A stretch of 64,000 nt of DNA, taken from assembly GCA_018238155.1 (NCBI GenBank), contig JABCTZ010000033.1, positions 1 to 64,000 of the forward strand, written 5' to 3'. Made by a program: the position numbers and the translations under genes. The DNA is from Candidatus Heimdallarchaeota archaeon. Its GTDB lineage: Archaea; Asgardarchaeota; Heimdallarchaeia; JABLTI01. Positions 52,720 through 63,406 of this stretch are shown here, one piece after another. Each line of letters begins with the position of its first letter. Positions within the stretch are counted from its first letter, which is position 1. The notes under the pieces were generated by a model that did no database searches, had not been told where the DNA came from, and saw only the letters and a program-made list of their open reading frames with translations.

Positions 52720-55700
52720 TCAATCAATTTTCAGACCAATGGATTTACGATACTCTGCAATTAATGATATTATAATACTTACTTGTTCTTTGATGTAATC
52801 TGATGATTCTGATTCTAAGGAAGAAGAAGTTTGAAGAATAACATCTAGCTTCTCTTGCAAATCATTAATCAATTTCGATGTTTGTTTATCAAATTGCTCT
52901 TGTACATTTAGGATATTCTCCTCAAGTTCTTTATTCTTTGAAATATCGCGGATGATTCCAATATATCCAATTATTATAGCGTTTTGATTTCTTCTAACAG
53001 TACCGTTTACAAAGACATCAATTATTGTTCCATCTTTCCTTTTCATTTTTAATTCAAAATTTCTTAGAAAACCTTGCTTTTCAATTGTTTTTTTGAATTC
53101 GATTCTATCTTTTGGGTTAGCATACAGATCAGCAATATTCAATTCTAAAATTTCTACCCTAGAATATCCAAAAAGTGTTTCACCTTTTGGATTTAAATCA
53201 ATAATAGTTCCATCTGTATTTGTAATGAAAAAAACTTCATTTATATGTTCAAAAATTTTCCGATAACGTATTTCACTTTCAACAACCTTTAGTAGAGAGG
53301 TTTTTTTATCAGTAATATCTAAGTGTAAACCTATTGCTCTTGTTGGATTCCCTTGTTTATCATGCTCAACAACTTTTCCAATGCACTGAATCCATTTGAT
53401 GTCTCCAGATTTGCATATCGCACGATGTTCTACACTGATTAATTTCATAATATCTTTTTTTGGAAGGTTCAAAATCAAATCAGAAACACAGGAGTTGTCC
53501 TTATGGGTAAGTTTTCTTACAGATTCAATATTGGGTTCTATTTCATCAAGAGAATATCCAAGCATTTCAACATAGGGCTTATTGATAATAAAATCTCCAG
53601 TCTCGATATCCCAATCCCAGGTACCGAGGTTTGCACTCTCATGCAATAAAGTTTGTTTTTCAAGTAGGTCATTGATTTTACTCTTAAAATCATCTGGGAA
53701 TTTTTTTTCTATAAATACATATCGTAATCGTTCCATTTCCACTTCATCATTATATTTTATTTTTCCATCAAAATAAACAGACAATGTTTCACCATCTTTT
53801 GTTACCATATCAAAATGGATATCATGAATTTCTCCACGTTCAATGAATTTTGAGAAAATCTCCTCAAACTTCACAACAAAATCAGGAGTCAAAAAATCAC
53901 CAAAACATTTCCCTAAGACTTCATCCTCAGTATAACCAAGTGATTTCAACCAAAACTCATTTACATCTAAGATGAGTCCTTCTTTATTTAAGGATTGATA
54001 AAGAAGAGATGCATCCTCAAACATTGATCTGAAATGTTTTTGTGAATCAGCCAATTCCTTTTCATGGATCACTTGATTAGTTATATCTTTCGTAATGCCA
54101 ATGAAACGATTAAATTTCCCAGAATTATCTTTTATTGGTGTTATAATCCTATCACCTATTCGTATCTTACCATCTTTTCGTTTAATTTTTAATCTGCCCT
54201 TCCAAGTCTTTCCGCTAAAAGTAGTTTTCACAATATTTGCGTAATAATCTTCATCGAATTCTTCATCAATGTATCTCATTATAGCTGGTGTTTGGTTAAC
54301 AGCATCCAAATATGAATAACCAGTGAATTTTTCAAAACCAGGATTAACATAGATGATTTCCCCTTTTTCATCAGTAATTAGGATACTATCGTCTATATGT
54401 TCTATGACTTTTAAAAGAGAAATTTGTTCCACTTCGAGTTGTTTAAATTTAGTAATATCTTGACAAAATGTCAAACTAAAGACTTCATCTTTTTCTCGAA
54501 ATTTGTTAATGTTTAGCAAAGCATCGTAAACTGTTCCATCTTTTTGTAAAAGTTTGGTTTCAAAATTTACCACCACTTCATTCTTTAACAAAATTTTTCG
54601 AAGTCTTTTTTGATCATTTGGATTATAAAAGGTGATTGAAACATTGATTTCTAATATGGTTTCTTTTGTATAGCCAGTTATTTCTAGCATTTTTTTATTT
54701 ACTCTAATTACCCTCCCAAAACTATCGAATATACCTACACCTATAGGTATATCTTCAAACAGTGTTCTAAACTTATTTTCTGATTCTATTAATTCACTGT
54801 GAATCTTCCTTCTAAAAGTTATATCCGATCCTGAACTTAATGAAGCAATGACTTTTCCGTTATCATTTTTAAGAACGCTATTCTTCCAAGAGATTAATTT
54901 TTCTTCACCATTTTTAGTTAAGACTATATTTTCGTAACTCTCAACAATTAACTCTTCATTTAAAACTTTACGAAAAACATTTCTAGTAACTCCTCTAATA
55001 TTTTCAGAAAGAAAAATATTAAACCAGTTCTTACCGAGAATTTCATTTTCTTTGTACCCAAGAATTTCACAAGATTTCTTGTTTACAAAAATAATATTTT
55101 CGTTTATATCGACAACCACTATCATTGAATCAATAATATCAAGGTACTTTTGCCTTATATTGCGTTCTCTACTTAATTCCTCTTGGAAATTTCTCATTTT
55201 TGTAATATCTGTTGTCATACTTTGTATATACTCAATATTATCAACAGTTATAAAATTGCTAATAAAAGAAATCTGAATTTTCTCTCCATTGGGTTTCAAG
55301 AAGTCAAGCTCTGAACTCCCAGATCTGCGTAAATTTGAAATTTCAATAAATTTTTTCTTTGCTAATTCTCTCTTTTCTGGAGGTCGAAAATCCCATATTT
55401 TTAATTGTCTTAAGTCTTTAATGGATCTTCCAGTTTGTTTTTCAAATTCTTTGTTTCCGTCCATTATTTGACCGGTTTTTGCATTAATTAGAACGATACC
55501 ATTTTTTGCTTCTGAAAAGATTAATTGATATTTTTCATTAGACGTTTGTAAGAATTCGAAGGATTCTTTTTTTTCAATTAATTTTTCTATTTCCTTAACT
55601 AAAATTTTAAATTGGTCTTTAGAGTTATCTTTTTTGATATAATAGTTTACTCCTAAATTCAATGCTTTAATAACTTCATTTTCCCTGCTTTCACTTGTAA

Positions 55701-55947
55701 AAATAATGAAAGGAATATTATCTCCTTTTTTCCTCAAATTTGATAAGAATTTTAATCCATTCATTTCTGGCAAAACATGTTCAGACAATACTGCATGATA
55801 TTTTTCTCCCTTTAATATCTCCAATGCTTGCTCTGCAGATGTGCAAGTACTAATTTGAAAATCTTTTGTAATTTCTAAGAGATTTTTCTCAGCTAATTTT
55901 AGAAATTTTTTATCTTTATCTACTAAGAGAATTTTAATATTAAACAA
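52720..55947 (-). CDS. Pseudo-receiver with seven PAS domains and a degenerate DHp-like tail
   Basis: Phospho-Asp position is Glu (AVLSEHVLPEMNG); seven PAS/PAC repeats ending in DIT/DIS-type motifs; no HATPase. Confidence 0.85.
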   Translation of the reverse strand: MFNIKILLVDKDKKFLKLAEKNLLEITKDFQISTCTSAEQALEILKGEKYHAVLSEHVLPEMNGLKFLSNLRKKGDNIPFIIFTSESRENEVIKALNLGVNYYIKKDNSKDQFKILVKEIEKLIEKKESFEFLQTSNEKYQLIFSEAKNGIVLINAKTGQIMDGNKEFEKQTGRSIKDLRQLKIWDFRPPEKRELAKKKFIEISNLRRSGSSELDFLKPNGEKIQISFISNFITVDNIEYIQSMTTDITKMRNFQEELSRERNIRQKYLDIIDSMIVVVDINENIIFVNKKSCEILGYKENEILGKNWFNIFLSENIRGVTRNVFRKVLNEELIVESYENIVLTKNGEEKLISWKNSVLKNDNGKVIASLSSGSDITFRRKIHSELIESENKFRTLFEDIPIGVGIFDSFGRVIRVNKKMLEITGYTKETILEINVSITFYNPNDQKRLRKILLKNEVVVNFETKLLQKDGTVYDALLNINKFREKDEVFSLTFCQDITKFKQLEVEQISLLKVIEHIDDSILITDEKGEIIYVNPGFEKFTGYSYLDAVNQTPAIMRYIDEEFDEDYYANIVKTTFSGKTWKGRLKIKRKDGKIRIGDRIITPIKDNSGKFNRFIGITKDITNQVIHEKELADSQKHFRSMFEDASLLYQSLNKEGLILDVNEFWLKSLGYTEDEVLGKCFGDFLTPDFVVKFEEIFSKFIERGEIHDIHFDMVTKDGETLSVYFDGKIKYNDEVEMERLRYVFIEKKFPDDFKSKINDLLEKQTLLHESANLGTWDWDIETGDFIINKPYVEMLGYSLDEIEPNIESVRKLTHKDNSCVSDLILNLPKKDIMKLISVEHRAICKSGDIKWIQCIGKVVEHDKQGNPTRAIGLHLDITDKKTSLLKVVESEIRYRKIFEHINEVFFITNTDGTIIDLNPKGETLFGYSRVEILELNIADLYANPKDRIEFKKTIEKQGFLRNFELKMKRKDGTIIDVFVNGTVRRNQNAIIIGYIGIIRDISKNKELEENILNVQEQFDKQTSKLINDLQEKLDVILQTSSSLESESSDYIKEQVSIIISLIAEYRKSIGLKID

Positions 55948-56150
55948 TATATTCTCTCTCCATAAAGGAATATTTAACTATTTAAAGCAATATTGATTGT
56001 ATTAGTTTGTCTGTAATTGAAATAGCTTCTGATTAAATAAAAATCTTTTTACTCATTATTTCAGTTTATAAATGATATTCCAAAATTAAATTCTATTGAA
56101 AAAAATAGTTAAATATAGTAATTCGTAAATTCTATATATTTTTAGAATAA

Positions 56151-58286
56151 TTACATGTGTTCCTTTAGGAAATTTCTAATTGTCTCAGATTCTAACCATC
56201 TGTTATCTAATTGAACAGTAATCTCATCTATCATATTGATTTGTTTAATGATGTCTTCTGATGATTCATGAACAGAACTATCTATGATTCCGATTATTAC
56301 AGCAAGAGGATTACGAATATTATCAACTAAAATGGCAAATTGCTCCAAATTTCGCTCAATCTGTTCATATGCTTGTGATTTTACTTGTTCCATTAAGGTT
56401 TTTTCTGTTATGTCATGAATGGAAATAACAGCTTGGTTAGTGTCAGGTATGATATCCGCAACAGCCCATACATTTCGAACCAAACCCTTTTGACCTACTA
56501 CTCGAAATTCTAACTCTCTTGGAAATGATTCAGGATGATTAGAAATCGCATTATTGATTTCTAACAAGAAATCGTAGTCATTTGGATGAATAAGAGATTT
56601 CCATCTAGTGCCTATTAAGTTATTTTTTTTAATCCCAACAAATTTTTCAAAAAGTGAATTACAAAGAACTACTCTTGCATTTGAATCAACAACCAGCATA
56701 TTAGTTCCTGTGTTTTCAAAAATCGTTCTGTATAATTTTTCAGAATCTTCAAGTGCTTTTTGAAATCGTTTTTTGTCGGAAATATCGCGTGTTATTGCAA
56801 TTAGTCCAATTGGTTCCTCGAAATCATTTAAAACAAAAGCGCTAGTAACTTCAGCAGGAAATGTTGAACCATTTTTTCTTATCAATTGATGTTCTTTTTT
56901 ACTTGAACCACTGATAAACTGTCGGATATCAATACGATTAAATACTCTCTTGAACTCCAAATCTGATATTAGTGAACTAATATTTTTACCAATGATTTCT
57001 TCACTAGTTTCATAACCATGCATTTTTAAAAACTGTTGATTTACTACAAGAATATCACCGTTAAGATCAGTATAAAGAATTGCATTTGGTGAAGTTTCAA
57101 ATAATTTACGGTATTTTTCTTCATTTTCACGTAAAAGCTTTTCCATATTTGTACTTTTGGTAATATCTGTTCCCGCACTAATTAGGGCTTCTTTTTCGCC
57201 TTGAGAATTTTTTATGAGTGTATGTTTCCAAGTGAAATATTTGGTGATCCCATTAACTCCTTTAACAGCATTTTCTTTAAAAGATAGCTCTTCAGCGCTA
57301 CCATTAAAAATATCTTGGAAATCTTTTCTAATTCTCTTCCTTCGATTTTTATTTCTTATTAGATCAATCCAATTTACACCAATCATCTCATCTGAAGTAT
57401 ATCCAAAAAATTTTGCCAGTTTATTATTAATTAGTGCTATAGTTTCGTCCTTATTTATAATAACAAAGTAAGAATCTGCAGAATTCATATACAAATCCAT
57501 CAAATAATGGCTTCTTTTAATCTCGTCTCCCAGTAATACCTCACCAGATATATCTTTGATACTTCCATTTATTTTAAGCAGAATATTATCCTCAGTAAAA
57601 GTTGCTTTGGTATTTAATTCAACCCAAATAATTTCGCCATCTTTTCTGATTAATTGTTTTTTGCCACTTGCGAATGGAGAATCTGATATAAAAGTTAAAA
57701 GGTTTTTGAAAGGAAATTCATTTTTCAAAAGGTAGTCTTGAATTTTAGTGTATATTAATTCGTCTTCGTTTTCAAAACCTAAAATTTGAGCAAACATCTT
57801 ATTGCAAGATAATATTATTCCTTTAAAATCGGTTTGATAAATTCCAATTGGAACATTATCTAACAATTGTTGATACTCTCTTCTTGTGAAATCTAATTCT
57901 TTACGTTCTAAAGCTCTATTATATGCATATCTAAAAGCAAAATGTAGTTGTTCAATCATTTTATCATTTAATCGATTAATTATTCCATCAGCAATATTCT
58001 CTTGTCCTTTAACCATTATATCAACATCTTTAACACTGAAAACGATTCTACCAATAAACGGATAATTTTCACCGAGTTCTTTAAGTAATTTACATGAATT
58101 TGTCCATTTTAAATCAAAATTGACTAAAATAATTTGAGAATCAATTTTTTGTTTAATCGAATCTAATTCCTTCTTCGTCTTCAGTAAAGAAATATCTAAA
58201 TCATCAATTGAATTCCTTAGTATACTTAATAAAACTTTTTTGACTTTATTATCATTATCAATCAACAATATTTTAGATATTTGCAT
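56151..58286 (-). CDS. Pseudo-receiver with four PAS domains and a His-less DHp-like C-terminal domain
   Basis: IILVNFDL (Asp replaced by Asn); four PAS; C-terminal QIERNLEQFAILVDNIRNPL; no HATPase. Confidence 0.85.
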   Translation of the reverse strand: MQISKILLIDNDNKVKKVLLSILRNSIDDLDISLLKTKKELDSIKQKIDSQIILVNFDLKWTNSCKLLKELGENYPFIGRIVFSVKDVDIMVKGQENIADGIINRLNDKMIEQLHFAFRYAYNRALERKELDFTRREYQQLLDNVPIGIYQTDFKGIILSCNKMFAQILGFENEDELIYTKIQDYLLKNEFPFKNLLTFISDSPFASGKKQLIRKDGEIIWVELNTKATFTEDNILLKINGSIKDISGEVLLGDEIKRSHYLMDLYMNSADSYFVIINKDETIALINNKLAKFFGYTSDEMIGVNWIDLIRNKNRRKRIRKDFQDIFNGSAEELSFKENAVKGVNGITKYFTWKHTLIKNSQGEKEALISAGTDITKSTNMEKLLRENEEKYRKLFETSPNAILYTDLNGDILVVNQQFLKMHGYETSEEIIGKNISSLISDLEFKRVFNRIDIRQFISGSSKKEHQLIRKNGSTFPAEVTSAFVLNDFEEPIGLIAITRDISDKKRFQKALEDSEKLYRTIFENTGTNMLVVDSNARVVLCNSLFEKFVGIKKNNLIGTRWKSLIHPNDYDFLLEINNAISNHPESFPRELEFRVVGQKGLVRNVWAVADIIPDTNQAVISIHDITEKTLMEQVKSQAYEQIERNLEQFAILVDNIRNPLAVIIGIIDSSVHESSEDIIKQINMIDEITVQLDNRWLESETIRNFLKEHM

Positions 58287-58617
58287 TTCAAATTACCCTG
58301 CCCTTTGTTAATATATGTGATGAAGTGTAGAATTAATGTTATGATTTCTACTGGGAATAAACAAATTGAATATGTTGGTTCTTTAAATTTGCAGTATGGG
58401 CAAAGTACGCTAAACTTGAAGCCAATTTAAAAATACTAGAGATGAAATCCTTGAAAAGATACTTTGAGTTATCACCAAAAGAAAGAGATAATAAGCACAA
58501 CTGTAAAGATAATTATTGAGCTAATACTCTCTAAATTTTTCAAAAAATAATTGATTACAATAATGCTTTATTAAACAATGAAATTTGTTATTGTTATCAT
58601 TGAATCTATGTATACTT

Positions 58618-59025
58618 CTATAAAAAATAACGAACGTTTTGTGATTCCAAATCAAGTTCTAAGATAATATTATCAATCAATTTAACCTTTTTAACGATTT
58701 TATCATTTACATCACTTGAAAAAACATTAACAAAACCGACAATTACTGCTAGAGGATTGCATTTATTATCTACCAATATCTCGAATTGTTCCATATTTCT
58801 TTCAAGTTGCTCATATACTTGATTTCCAACCTCTTCGAAATTCTTTCTCACAGTTATATTTTGTTTAGGAGCTACTGTTCTTATTACTCCAAGCTAAAAT
58901 TAACAACGGCAAAAATAGTTCTTACGTCTCCATCCTTTCTTTTCAAAAATAATCGCACTTTCTCGTTTAGTTTTTTTAGTAGCGATGATTCTTTTATAAT
59001 TCTAGCAAGTATATTACGATCCTGA
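58618..59025 (-). pseudogene. Frameshifted PAS + His-less DHp remnant, paralogous to the C-terminus of 56151-58286
   Basis: LKRKDGDVRTIFAVV (PAC-like) in one frame, then QNITVRK...QLERNMEQFEILVDNKCNPLAVIVG in another. Confidence 0.7.
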
Positions 59026-59350
59026 TATTAAAAATTTAAACAAATGGTATTTACTTAACTATTGACAGATTGAAATACCTCAAGATATTTTATCTTAACC
59101 AGACACGATAAGTTTCAATTTGGCATTTTCTTATTAGTTTTCCCTTCCTACAAAAGTGAGAAAATAATAGTTGATTTTATACGAAAAACGTCTTTTGAAA
59201 TATATTGGCAAAAAGAATGAATCTTAAATAGAAACTAACAATATTAGCCTAAACAATAATTTCAGTAACTTATAAAAACTATTTAGAGTGATATTATTAG
59301 CATTTGCAGAAAACAAAACTAATATATCTTAAAAAACCGTCAATTATTCT

Positions 59351-60481
59351 TTGTGGAAGGATTTAACATTGAGTAGCAAATTACAAATTATCATTATTAA
59401 TGATAATAAGTTGAATCGTGACTTCTTATGGAATTTATTAACAAAAAATGGGTTTGAAACTATTCTCGCATCAAATGGTAAAATAGCTTTGAATCTAATT
59501 AAGAAAAATCGACCTCATCTTGCTTTTATTAATCTTTTACTACAAGATATTTCTGTTATTGACATTTTGGACAAAATAAAGATTCTCTCACCAATCACCG
59601 AATGTATTATTATGACTGACTTTGCTAATTATGAGGTTCTTAAACAGGTAATAAATACAAACACAGCATCAGGATTTTTAGAAATACCAGTAGATGAGAT
59701 TAAACTAATTAAATTAGTAAATAACATTTTGAATCGAAAAAAAATTCTATTAGAAACACAGCAAACATTAGATGATTTATTTGAATCATACAATCAAATT
59801 GAGTTTTTTCTAACAATACTTACCAATGACTATGAAAATTATACTGAAGCATTGAATATAGCTATTAATTTACTTCATCCCTCTGAACTTTCTGAACCTC
59901 AAGAGGCGAGTTTGAAAATTCTAAAAGATTTGTCCCTCAATAATACGCGACTTATTGAACGATTTAAGAACATACAAGCATTAGGAGATTCTCAACCAGC
60001 TAATTTTAAAAAAATTGATGTTGTAGAAGTAATAAGTAAAATTATTGATGATATAAGAAGTAAGAATCCAAATTGTAAACTAACAATATCAAAAAAACTA
60101 ATACTTGAGAAATATTTTGTAAAAGCAACTTCTGATAAACTACTAACACTTTTCACTGAAGTGTTCTATTCATTGAGCTTGCCAATGACAAATTTTTGTA
60201 AAAGTATCAAAATTCTATTTCGAGAATCTAAAATACTCGTAAATTCTGAAGGTAAAAACATTGACTCTATTGAAGTAGATATACATTCATCATTGGATAG
60301 TGCTGTAATGAATGATGATAACTCAATTGTAGATATAACTCACCAACAATATGGATTTGGGTTCATTTTAGTAAAAGGCTTGGTTGATATTTTTGGTGGT
60401 CAAATATTTATAGAAGATTCAAAGGTAGATAATGAAACAATAACAAAAATGACCATTGTATTACCATCTTATCAAAAATAA
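59351..60481 (+). CDS. Degenerate REC-HisKA-HATPase protein (pseudo-receiver / pseudokinase)
   Basis: PHLAFINLLLQD (Asp replaced by Asn); H-box position reads LTNDYENY; N and G1 boxes eroded; GFGFILVKGLVDIFGGQI retained. Confidence 0.75.
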   Translation: MWKDLTLSSKLQIIIINDNKLNRDFLWNLLTKNGFETILASNGKIALNLIKKNRPHLAFINLLLQDISVIDILDKIKILSPITECIIMTDFANYEVLKQVINTNTASGFLEIPVDEIKLIKLVNNILNRKKILLETQQTLDDLFESYNQIEFFLTILTNDYENYTEALNIAINLLHPSELSEPQEASLKILKDLSLNNTRLIERFKNIQALGDSQPANFKKIDVVEVISKIIDDIRSKNPNCKLTISKKLILEKYFVKATSDKLLTLFTEVFYSLSLPMTNFCKSIKILFRESKILVNSEGKNIDSIEVDIHSSLDSAVMNDDNSIVDITHQQYGFGFILVKGLVDIFGGQIFIEDSKVDNETITKMTIVLPSYQK

Positions 60482-60519
60482 GAAAATCTTTAGAATTATA
60501 GCATTTAAAAAAATAAACA

Positions 60520-61458
60520 CTAAGCTCCAAAACTTTCTTTGATAACCCATTTAAGTTGATCTGGTTTTAGTTCTCCATCTTTGTCCAAGACAGAAACAAC
60601 ATTAAGAATACTTTGTCCTGTAATTCTAACAGAATTGTAATCTGCTTCTTTTTCTGTTATAATTAAGCAGAGAAAACCTTCTTGAGCAAAAACATAAACA
60701 TCCAAATTATCTTGTTCATAATATTGCATTGTTGATTGGTTCTTATTGAGTAATTTTTTATTATAATCAATTATATCAATAATGCTTTTCTGTTTATGAA
60801 AATCTTTGACAGTATCTGTAAAAGGTAATTCCAATATCACTGAATTCTTTTCAACTGAGTAAATTAATACGCCTTTAATTTTCGACTTCTTTGTAGAACC
60901 TACTACTTTACCAAACAACCATTCCATTGATTCTTCAACATTTTCTCCTGTCTTTGCAGATATTTCAAAAATCCGGAATGAATGTTGTATATGTTCATCT
61001 TGACTAAATTTTTCTAAATTGAAGATATTAATAATTTCTTCAAGTGACATTGCAGATCCTTTTTTCGAATCTCTCAAATCAATTTTGTTTGCGCAAAAAA
61101 TAATTGGTGCATCTTCTCTTAACCATTCAACAACTTTCCAAAACCAATCAACTGCTTCTTTTACTCTCAACCTATCAGCAATATCAAAAACAAAAATCAC
61201 CCCTTGAGCCATTTGAGCATAAGTTCTCCAGATAGTGATTCTAAATGATTGTTGTCCTCCGAGATCAATCATATTAAATTTCTCTCCTTGAATTTCAACA
61301 TGTTCAATATCAAGCCCAATTGTTGCTGTTGTTTTCCCCGTAACTCCTCTGGTCCACTGATCAACTAAAGTTGTTTTTCCCGCATAATCTAAACCCATTA
61401 GTACAACAGAGCGACCTTTTGAGAGCCAACCGATTGGTTTTCTTTTCATCATAATCAC
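60520..61458 (-). CDS. Arf-like GTPase fused to a C-terminal longin-like domain
   Basis: GLDYAGKTT, TIG, DLGGQQSFRITIW, ANKID, ISAKTGENV; then IKGVLIYS..., YYEQDNLDVYVFAQEGFLCLIITE. Confidence 0.8.
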   Translation of the reverse strand: MIMMKRKPIGWLSKGRSVVLMGLDYAGKTTLVDQWTRGVTGKTTATIGLDIEHVEIQGEKFNMIDLGGQQSFRITIWRTYAQMAQGVIFVFDIADRLRVKEAVDWFWKVVEWLREDAPIIFCANKIDLRDSKKGSAMSLEEIINIFNLEKFSQDEHIQHSFRIFEISAKTGENVEESMEWLFGKVVGSTKKSKIKGVLIYSVEKNSVILELPFTDTVKDFHKQKSIIDIIDYNKKLLNKNQSTMQYYEQDNLDVYVFAQEGFLCLIITEKEADYNSVRITGQSILNVVSVLDKDGELKPDQLKWVIKESFGA

Positions 61459-61646
61459 ATAATAGTGTGTTTGTCAGTTTAAAAGATAAATTATTGAGGC
61501 AAACAATATTAAAAATATTCTTAACATGTACAAAAGATATTCGAATAAAATTTATGTATTAGTGGATAATGTGATTATACATGATTAAAATTTCAATTCC
61601 ATAGAAATCGTTTCCAAAAGAGTTTATTGTAACAATGAAGTTTGAT

Positions 61647-63003
61647 ATGAGATGTTTATCCATCATTTTCTCATATTCTTATTTTTTTCATACTATTACA
61701 ACATATCAAATATCAGCAATAACTTACTGGACTAAAATATGAAAACAATGACGATAATTCTAAATAATACATTTTTATATACAAGTATTACTCTTATCAT
61801 TTATTGCACTATAATGGGTTTGAGTGATTTTCTAAAAGGTTTATTCAATGAAGAAAATAAGAATAGAACTTATTTCGCAATACTATTTTCTGTAATTAAT
61901 TTAATATTGCTTATCGTAAGCACTCATCTTGAATTCAATTTATAGTTCAGCATTTAATAAAAAATTGGAGTTGCTTTCAATCCTCAATTTATTATGGGCG
62001 GCAATAGGAGATGCACTTGTTCTGTTATTTGCTTGGGGAAGATTCAATCATCTGCCAGACATAAGAAAGGATGTAGTAAATACAGAGCTCTCTTTGCGAG
62101 AATCTAAAGAAGATTTCATGAGATATATTAACAAATATGTCATAAATAATGATTAGGAATATACTAGGTTACAACAAAAAAACAAAACAATGAATATCGT
62201 CATCATTATTGTAACTATTATTCAAGTAGTAGCGTATATACCAGTTGTTTATTTCTATCCACAAATTAACATCCTTTTGGATAGTTATCTAAAGGCAACT
62301 TCTCTCAAATTCAATGATATCCTACTTATTATGGCAATTGCTGATTTCAGCATTTTACATGTAATAATCATTCGTAAATTCGAAAAGGTAGGACAGAAAA
62401 TGTGGCAGAGGTTGAGTGTTTTATTCCCAAAGTATAAAGCTTTTCTAAAAGTTGAAATGGATATTCAGTCAATCAATCTTGGTACTCGTGAAAAACCCGG
62501 GAAAGGCATAGTATTTATTAATGAATTGAAACTTGATCCAGCACATTTCAGAAACACTAGTTTATCTACACAAGATGAACTTTACATTTTGCATGAATTG
62601 GCAAAATTCCACATTCATCACAATCAAAATTATAATTCTCTATTCATTGATAATCTCCTTATCAATTCTATTTTCATGTTTCTTGTTCGATTTAGAAGGA
62701 ATTTACTTTGAAGTGTTCGTTGCAATTTTTCTTCTTTTTTTGGCTGGGGTCAGTATTTTATTATCTAATAAATAAAAATACGTCAAGTTAGCCAAAGGAG
62801 TATTGGGTTTTAGTAATTCCTTCAGAATAATAGAAGAAAGAAGTTCAACAGATAACTCATTTAATGAATTTGATTGACTTTCTGAAATCAATTTTAAAAC
62901 TCCCTCTTCTCCCACAGAAAAAATAATAGAATTGGAATTACTAAAGAATATTCTAGTAAAACCTGGATTTTATTCAAAAGAAATTAATATGAAGTCACTT
63001 TAA
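61647..63003 (+). pseudogene. Fragmented multi-pass membrane protein, possibly M48/HtpX-like peptidase
   Basis: Consecutive hydrophobic fragments in shifting frames (61739-61945, 61929-62156, 62190-62711, 62533-62775). LSTQDELYILHELAKFH resembles the L..dEl..ilaHElaH region of M48 peptidases. Confidence 0.45.
61693..61895 (+). repeat. Imperfect direct repeat, copy 2
   Basis: Aligns with 48096-48297 at an offset of about 13.6 kb. Confidence 0.9.
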
Positions 63004-63028
63004 AATAAGTACTAAGGAGAACTGAAAC

Positions 63029-63406
63029 TTGCATAAAGAAGAAGTAGAATTACTATTGAAGAGGAGTAGAAATTTTCTCGAAAGTGCAGAACAAAGAATC
63101 AAAAAGGATGATTGGGATTTAACTTGCTTTCTGGCAGAACAATCAGTCCAACTTTATCTGAAAGCGATTATCCTTGAAGAAGCAGGACAAACACCTAGAA
63201 CACATTCAATAAGGCAATTACTCGCACAGCTCGGACAAATAATTGAAAAAGAGATTAAATATGATCGCAATAGTCTTTTTATGCTCGAGAGTGCTTATTT
63301 TAATGCACGATATATTGCAGTCACTTATGATGAAGAGCAAGCAAAAGACGCAATTAAGATAGCTAAGGAATTAATTACTCATGTTGAAAATATTCGAAAT
63401 AGGTAA
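63029..63406 (+). CDS. HEPN domain protein
   Basis: CFLAEQSVQLYLKA, PRTHSIRQLL, LESAYFNARY. Confidence 0.9.
   Translation: MHKEEVELLLKRSRNFLESAEQRIKKDDWDLTCFLAEQSVQLYLKAIILEEAGQTPRTHSIRQLLAQLGQIIEKEIKYDRNSLFMLESAYFNARYIAVTYDEEQAKDAIKIAKELITHVENIRNR

Noticed and set aside
48096-61895. Diversity-generating retroelement TR/VR pair
   Set aside because: No reverse transcriptase in the window; mismatches are not adenine-specific and include an indel.
2704-62915. Numerous 60-120 aa track ORFs overlapping longer genes (e.g. 2704-2919, 11435-11773, 34625-34972, 47729-48091)
   Set aside because: Antisense or alternate-frame shadows of well-supported CDSs with no recognisable motifs.
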